From positions 28,763,922 through 28,803,211 of the forward strand of contig NC_068991.1 of NCBI RefSeq assembly GCF_001194135.2: 39,290 bases of DNA, read 5' to 3'. Positions 33,248-39,290 of the stretch are shown here, in pieces. The translations under genes were made by a program, and so were the position numbers. The notes under the pieces are model-generated. The model was given only the letters and a program-made list of their open reading frames with translations, did not search any database and was not told the DNA's origin. Within the stretch, counting starts at the first letter, position 1. Every line of letters starts with the position of its first letter. The DNA is from Octopus bimaculoides. Its lineage: Eukaryota.

Positions 33248-33321
33248 TAGCTAAGACTCATTAGTTTCATTGTTTTTTCTTCTTGTTTTGCCTTTGTGAG
33301 TTACAAGTATTGCTATCTGTT

Positions 33322-33788
33322 NNNNNNNNNNNNNNNNNNNNNNNNNNNNNNNNNNNNNNNNNNNNNNNNNNNNNNNNNNNNNNNNNNNNNNNNNNNNNNN
33401 NNNNNNNNNNNNNNNNNNNNNNNNNNNNNNNNNNNNNNNNNNNNNNNNNNNNNNNNNNNNNNNNNNNNNNNNNNNNNNNNNNNNNNNNNNNNNNNNNNNN
33501 NNNNNNNNNNNNNNNNNNNNNNNNNNNNNNNNNNNNNNNNNNNNNNNNNNNNNNNNNNNNNNNNNNNNNNNNNNNNNNNNNNNNNNNNNNNNNNNNNNNN
33601 NNNNNNNNNNNNNNNNNNNNNNNNNNNNNNNNNNNNNNNNNNNNNNNNNNNNNNNNNNNNNNNNNNNNNNNNNNNNNNNNNNNNNNNNNNNNNNNNNNNN
33701 NNNNNNNNNNNNNNNNNNNNNNNNNNNNNNNNNNNNNNNNNNNNNNNNNNNNNNNNNNNNNNNNNNNNNNNNNNNNNNNNNNNNNNNN
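33322..33788. other. Assembly gap (467 N)
   Basis: N run. 10-N gaps also at 10717-26, 29115-24 and 32838-47. Confidence 1.
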
Positions 33789-33829
33789 TATATATATATA
33801 TACATATATATATATAAATATATATATAA

Positions 33830-34063
33830 GGCCAGTCAGGCAGTACTGGCAACGGCCACGCTCGAAATGGTGTCTTTTATGTGCCACCCGCACAAAAGCC
33901 AGTCCAGGGGCACTGGCAATGATCTCACTCGAAAACCCTACGAAGGCCAGTCAGGCGGCACTGGCAACGGTCACGCTCAAAATGGTGCATCTTATGTGCC
34001 ACCCGCACAAGAGCCAGTCCAGGGGCCCTGGCAACGATCTCACTTGGCTTGCCGGGTCTTCTC
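33830..34063 (-). mobile_element. RTE 3' UTR fragment with a duplicated module
   Basis: Reverse complement of 28895-28990, present twice. Confidence 0.75.
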
Positions 34064-34144
34064 AAATTAACAGAATGAGATAAAAACCCAAGGCTGTGGA
34101 AAACTTTCACAGCCTTGAGTTTTTTTATCTCATTTTGTTAATTT
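34064..34144. repeat. 81-bp near-perfect inverted repeat
   Basis: aaattaacagaatgagataaaaacccaaggctgtggaa / tttcacagccttgagtttttttatctcattttgttaattt. Confidence 0.85.
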
Positions 34145-34461
34145 TTATATATATGCATGCTAATATACGACCTACGTTGGACTCCTCATTTGTATCATCA
34201 TCGAAGCCGGAGCTTAACTAGTCTGTCCATAGCACTTACTCAGCATTACCTGACACTTTCGGGTTTTCTTGACACCAATACCTCTCATATCCTTGATATA
34301 TATATATATCCATATATGTGTCGTATTCCATTTTATTAATGTATATCGTAAACAAATGAAATTCAACAAAAAGTATCAGTGCAATGTCTGTATGTAGTTT
34401 TGAACTCATAACGCTCATGTCCATACCTCTATACAATGATGTTGGGAATAGAAACACTTAC

Positions 34462-34536
34462 AGGTCAGCTAACATTGCCTCACTTTGGTCTTTTGTTCGC
34501 ATTATTTTGTCTGCTTTTTCTATTGCATCGAAAATT
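34462..34536 (-). CDS. PPP1R36: PPP1R36-like exon (75 nt, phase 2-2; IFDAIEKADKIMRTKDQSEAMLAD)
   Basis: Acceptor atattttcag, donor CT|gtaagt, open frame, phase-compatible on both sides. An internal gtgagg donor also exists (exon would end at 34484). Confidence 0.6.
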
Positions 34537-35094
34537 CTGAAAATATAATGGAGACTATTCTGGTAGAAAAGTGAAAGAAGTAAAATAAAAAGCAGAATTT
34601 ATGTCATAAAAGAAATAAAATAAATGAAGGAAGAATTTATTTTAATTGAGGATATTATATTAAAGTAGCATTTTGAAACTGAATTCTTCATAGGGATTAA
34701 TACAATTTTTCATAGGAATGAGCTAGTCAAAGGACTAGCAATGTTTGACCTTTTAATTGCCTTTTTCTTGATGAGGAGGCACTAATTTGTAACCATGGAA
34801 AAGTTTTTGTAAAGAGAACACTTCAGACTTGCCAGACTGGCAGAAGGCTTTTAAACAAAATACTCAGAAGAAGAGAACTAATGGTTGAGCCTCAACAGGG
34901 TTGTTTAATCAGCTCAGCCAGAAATAATAGTCAAACTAGTGATCACATAAGGTTTTAAATACTAATTTGAAGAGTACAAATGGCACTACAAAGCTACTTA
35001 ATTTGCAAGAAATATCAACCTAATTCCTGCAAATGACAGCCTAAACTTTAAAAAATAGATTCATTAGACAATATAATCATAAATATACAAAAAT

Positions 35095-35190
35095 ATTAGA
35101 CGACTACAGCTGGACAGATTTGCATTATAGGTCTGCTCAGTCAGGGCTGACCTGGGGCTAAACAACATTATCAGCAACAACAATATCAAC
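35095..35190 (+). mobile_element. Short (CAA)n-tailed retroelement 3' end
   Basis: ataggtctgctcagtcagggctgacctggggctaaacaac. Inverse degenerate copies near 16975-17040 and 17985-18075. Confidence 0.45.
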
Positions 35191-35436
35191 AACAATTACA
35201 GTTTCAAAATGTTAGTTTCTTTGTAAAAGATAAATGGTACACAATCTCTTCTTGTTCTGTTATAATCCATTCTCATTGAGGATGCTTTATAGATATGCTT
35301 AATGGACTCTGGAAGGATGAAAGATAAAGTTGGGCTCAATAGGATTTGAACTCAGGATGTAAAGGATCATAACTAAATACTGTGTGGAATTTTGTCTGTT
35401 ACTCAACTGATTCTGCCAATCCACCACACTTAATAA

Positions 35437-35870
35437 TAATAGAAGCCTTCCACCCTAAAAGTGACACTGACAGGCTATACTTGTCCAGAAGAAAGGGTGG
35501 GGGAAGTTTGATCAGTTGCCATGATTGTATTGAAGCAAAAGAAAACAGCTTAGGGTGGTATGTAAAAAATGCTGTAGCACCATTGTTGAAACAAGCGAAG
35601 AAGGCTGGCATCATTAAAACTGAGAATTGTGTAAAGAAAGAAAAACTTAAAGATAAAAAGAACACAAAAAAAACAGCTTGGAAGGAAAAATATATCACCA
35701 GTTTGCAAGAGATACAAACTCCAAGACAGATACAGAAGACCAGTGGCTATGGATGAGGAGGAGCGACCTGAAGATAGAGACAGAAGCACTTATATGTGGA
35801 ACTCAAGAACAAGTGTTAACAACAAACTATGTGAAATGCAGAATTGACAACACTACCAACAGTATGGATA
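35437..35870 (+). mobile_element. R4/Dong-like (RLE-type) non-LTR fragment A
   Basis: HPKSDTDRLYLSRRKGG, ENSLGWYV, WLWMRRSDLKIETEALIC..QEQ.L.TNYVK; starts in taataataat. Confidence 0.8.
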
Positions 35871-36039
35871 AATTAAATCTATTATTGTTACTGAATATGT
35901 TAGTGTTATTTAATTTCTGAATGGTTTTGCTGCCATTTGTTTATGTAGTTTGATTTCTTTATCCTTCAATTTCTACCAACATAGAGATGCAAGTAAAATT
36001 AATAATAGAGCAATGAAAATAAAACTTTGGAAACAGTAA

Positions 36040-36479
<440 letters not shown>

Positions 36480-36499
36480 CCACAACAACAAAAACGACA

Positions 36500-37345
36500 T
36501 GAAGAAGAATTATGCAAGAAGGGACTACACAGTCAATTCCATGTAGCCACAACGGAAGTTGCTGGAAAAATAGGTGGGAATGACTGATGAAAGGAACCCT
36601 AAAAAAAGAGACTGAGAGCACTATACTAGCAGTGCAGGTCCAAGCTTTGGTCATGAACTGGAGGGTCAATCTGAGGAATGAGTAAGTGTCTCTGCTGTGC
36701 CACATCTGCAATAGAGTGGATGAAATCATTGCTCATATCACAAATGAATGCCTTAGACTTTCCCAAAATCACTACAAGTTGTGGCAACACGACCAGGTTG
36801 CAAAAGTGCTACATTGGAAACTGTGCGAAAAGTGGGTGCTAGGAAGAGGCAAGATGTGGTATGAGAACAAACTGCAGTGAGTGGCAAAGTCAGAGACTAG
36901 CAAATTCCTCTGGGATTTCCCAATCCAAACAGATCAGGTGCTAGATCATAACAGACCGGACATAGTGGTGATGGACAAGGTGCACCACATATGCTATATA
37001 GTTGACGTCGCATGCCCCTTTGACCCACAAATAGTCAAGAAGGAAGGTGAAAAGATAGATAGATACAACCCTCCTAAGTACAAAATAGCCCAGCCATGGA
37101 AAATGAAGGTGAAGATAGTGTCAATTATTGTTAGGTCCTTGGGTAGTGTATCAGAAGGCATTAAGAGGAATATAAAGGAAATTGGAATAGAGTGTTCAGC
37201 AGAACTGTTACAAAAGTTTTGCCTCCTTGACACAGCTAGAATAATCAGGAAAGTATTAGATAGCTGAAAAGAACAGATAGCATGGTACTGTAGGCTGCAG
37301 GTAATAAACCCGCTATGCATGCAAAAGTCCAAGAGCTCCAGCAAA
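36500..37345 (+). mobile_element. R4/Dong-like non-LTR fragment B with 3' end
   Basis: LKKETESTI.A.Q.QAL, CHIC..DEII.HI..EC zinc knuckle, HDQVAK.LHW.LC, LWDFPIQTD, NRPDIVV..IVDVACPFD (RLE), TARIIRKVL-stop, then (AAT)-rich tail. Confidence 0.88.
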
Positions 37346-37720
37346 ACCTGTGATAAAGAGAAAATGATATAATAATAATAATGCTAATAAAAATAATAAA
37401 TAAATGCTAACAAATGATACAAGCATGGTACAAGTGGTGGTGGTGGTGGTGGTGGTGGTGGTGGTGATCACAACAATAATAATGAACGTAAAGATAGAAT
37501 ACCTATAAAAATCATCATTGCTTCAAACTGTAAGAATACTCTGCAGGGTTCTTGAAGCATGATCAGTAAACAAGTGTCACTTTAGTCTACTGGCTGTGGA
37601 CAGCTGACACTTCTGGTCAGTTTCCTGCCATCTCACCACCATCTCACCACCCATCACCCTGTCTGTCATTTACGTTGGGTATTTGTTGTAGTTAAGTAAG
37701 GAAATTGTGTGTAGACTTAC

Positions 37721-37753
37721 GTGGTTAATGAAATATCAGGAGTTATGTGAAAT
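37721..37753 (-). CDS. PPP1R36: PPP1R36-like, 5'-most exon found (33 nt, phase 2-2; FHITPDISLT)
   Basis: Acceptor ttttttcctttccag, donor AC|gtaagt. Only one frame is open and it joins the 34536 exon in phase. Homology here is weak, so the call rests on splice sites and phase. Confidence 0.6.
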
Positions 37754-37794
37754 CTGGAAAGGAAAAAACAAAACATTTTTATAACATTGGAAAA

Positions 37795-37839
37795 GTACTA
37801 GGTTCATTAATGTCATCATCATAGTCATCACTGTCACTG

Positions 37840-37874
<35 letters not shown>

Positions 37875-38064
37875 GTCATCAACATCATTGCATTCATCAT
37901 TGTCATTGTCATCATCATTGTCATTATCATAATTATCACTATCATCATCATTATCACCATCCAGAATGTCTTCATCATTGTCATTGCCATCATTAGTCAT
38001 CAGCATCAGTGGTGTCACTGTCATCATTGTTGTCATTGTTGTTATTGTTGTCATCATCATCACT

Positions 38065-38095
<31 letters not shown>

Positions 38096-38160
38096 ATGAC
38101 ATCATCATTGTCATTTTCATCATCATCATCAACATCATCATTGTCATCTTCATCTTTATG
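37795..38160. repeat. (CAT)n-rich degenerate trinucleotide tract
   Basis: Direct inspection; source of the poly-M/D/I ORFs. Confidence 0.9.
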
Positions 38161-39206
38161 TAACTGACGCTATTCTATGTGGATAGCTACATTCACAAGT
38201 TGTTGAGGTGTCAGTTCATTGTTTGAGCAGTTGATTCACCACCCTCTAACTCATCCCACTTCTATTCTGTAGCTGATTACAATCAGTGTTAATGATGCAT
38301 TCTACTTAGCAGGTGGGAGGGGCTGTAGCTTAGAAGTAAAGCTCCATCTCTGTCACGCACACCCCATCAAACATACACAATCACACACACACAGAAATAT
38401 GCATGCACATCAATTCTCCCCTCTCATCACAACTTCAAAAGAAGTTCAGTCATAAAACTGTCCATGTCTCTTCATTCAACGCCCACTTCAAAAGATCGCC
38501 TTTCCTTTTCACTTGTCCGGCCATTGATCGAGAGATAAAACACAAACCAACTCCTGCTAAATGCAAAAATCCCGCCAAAAATACATGTACATACACACAC
38601 AAACGGACATTTCATGTCTTCCAGTTTCTCTATGATTATACACGCATCGAAAACAATAACTCTTGCATACATTTTAATCTTCAACAGGTATGTATCAATT
38701 TCTATAATATAAATTGTTTATCTTCCAAATCACCCGTCATCTGCCGCCTCAAAAGCTTCATACTTGCTGTGCCAGCCAACATAAGTCAATAACACACAAA
38801 TTCACTTGCTCACTCTATCTCTCTTTCTTACCCTCTTTCTCTCTCACATATACACACACACATGCACGTCCATTTCATATATCTTCCAGTTTCTGCTCTC
38901 TGCAAATAAAATTTTTACGGATAAAACTGCTTACAAAAATTGCGATTATTGTATAATTTCTTTCTATGTTCATAATTAAATAAATCTTTTAATGATTAGA
39001 CAGACGTCCAATAGAATAGCTCTCACAAACAGACTACGTACAAATTCTTTCTTCACAACTCCTGAAGCTATTTTCTGACAGGAGGGGGTGAAATCTTCAT
39101 GCAGCTGTAGGCTGCAATCGAAACGGGACACGAAATGATCAGGTTGGGAAATGCTGTTATAGATTATGCCTAACCGAAAACAATCACAGCCACATCATCC
39201 AAACAG

Positions 39207-39235
39207 ACCGGGTGAAACCGGGTTTAGCTGCTAGT
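39207..39235 (+). mobile_element. Helitron-like 3' terminus
   Basis: accgggtgaaaccgggt hairpin followed within about 10 nt by CTAG|T. 5' end not located. Confidence 0.45.
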
Positions 39236-39290
39236 ATACGTATATATACATATATACATTTCTACATATATACATATACATACATATATA

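Noticed and set aside
34164-34196. Hammerhead-like remnant on the minus strand (ATAC-aaatga-GGagtCC-aac-gtag-GTC-GTAT)
   Set aside because: Both CUGA and GAAA are broken; it cannot be told from chance without a family consensus.

Overview
AT-rich, repeat-dense animal DNA. The SINE, RTE and MITE families look like those of Octopus (inference from recalled repeat sequence, no search run). Nearly the whole window lies inside one minus-strand gene, a PPP1R36 (C14orf50) homologue. I rebuilt it by hand from 14 phase-compatible GT-AG exons (37753 down to 4856) plus a probable terminal exon at 3424-3397; the start codon was not found and is probably right of the window. The ORF track misses it because the exons are 30-135 nt. 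The introns hold a maT (DD37D) mariner, an internally deleted piggyBac, a hAT MITE, TTAA-type MITEs, RTE LINEs with a PHD-like finger, Penelope-like (PLE) fragments, CR1-like and R4/Dong-like fragments, three tRNA-SINE families and microsatellites. The main hidden signal is four minimal type-I hammerhead ribozyme motifs (12.7, 23.2, 28.2, 33.2 kb) in four different sequence contexts. Each has a different self-complementary stem III, as expected for dimer-dependent PLE/retrozyme hammerheads. Three long foldback hairpins and a tandem array that copies a LINE 5' junction are also notable. Splice-site, TIR and hammerhead coordinates were counted by hand; other repeat boundaries are approximate.
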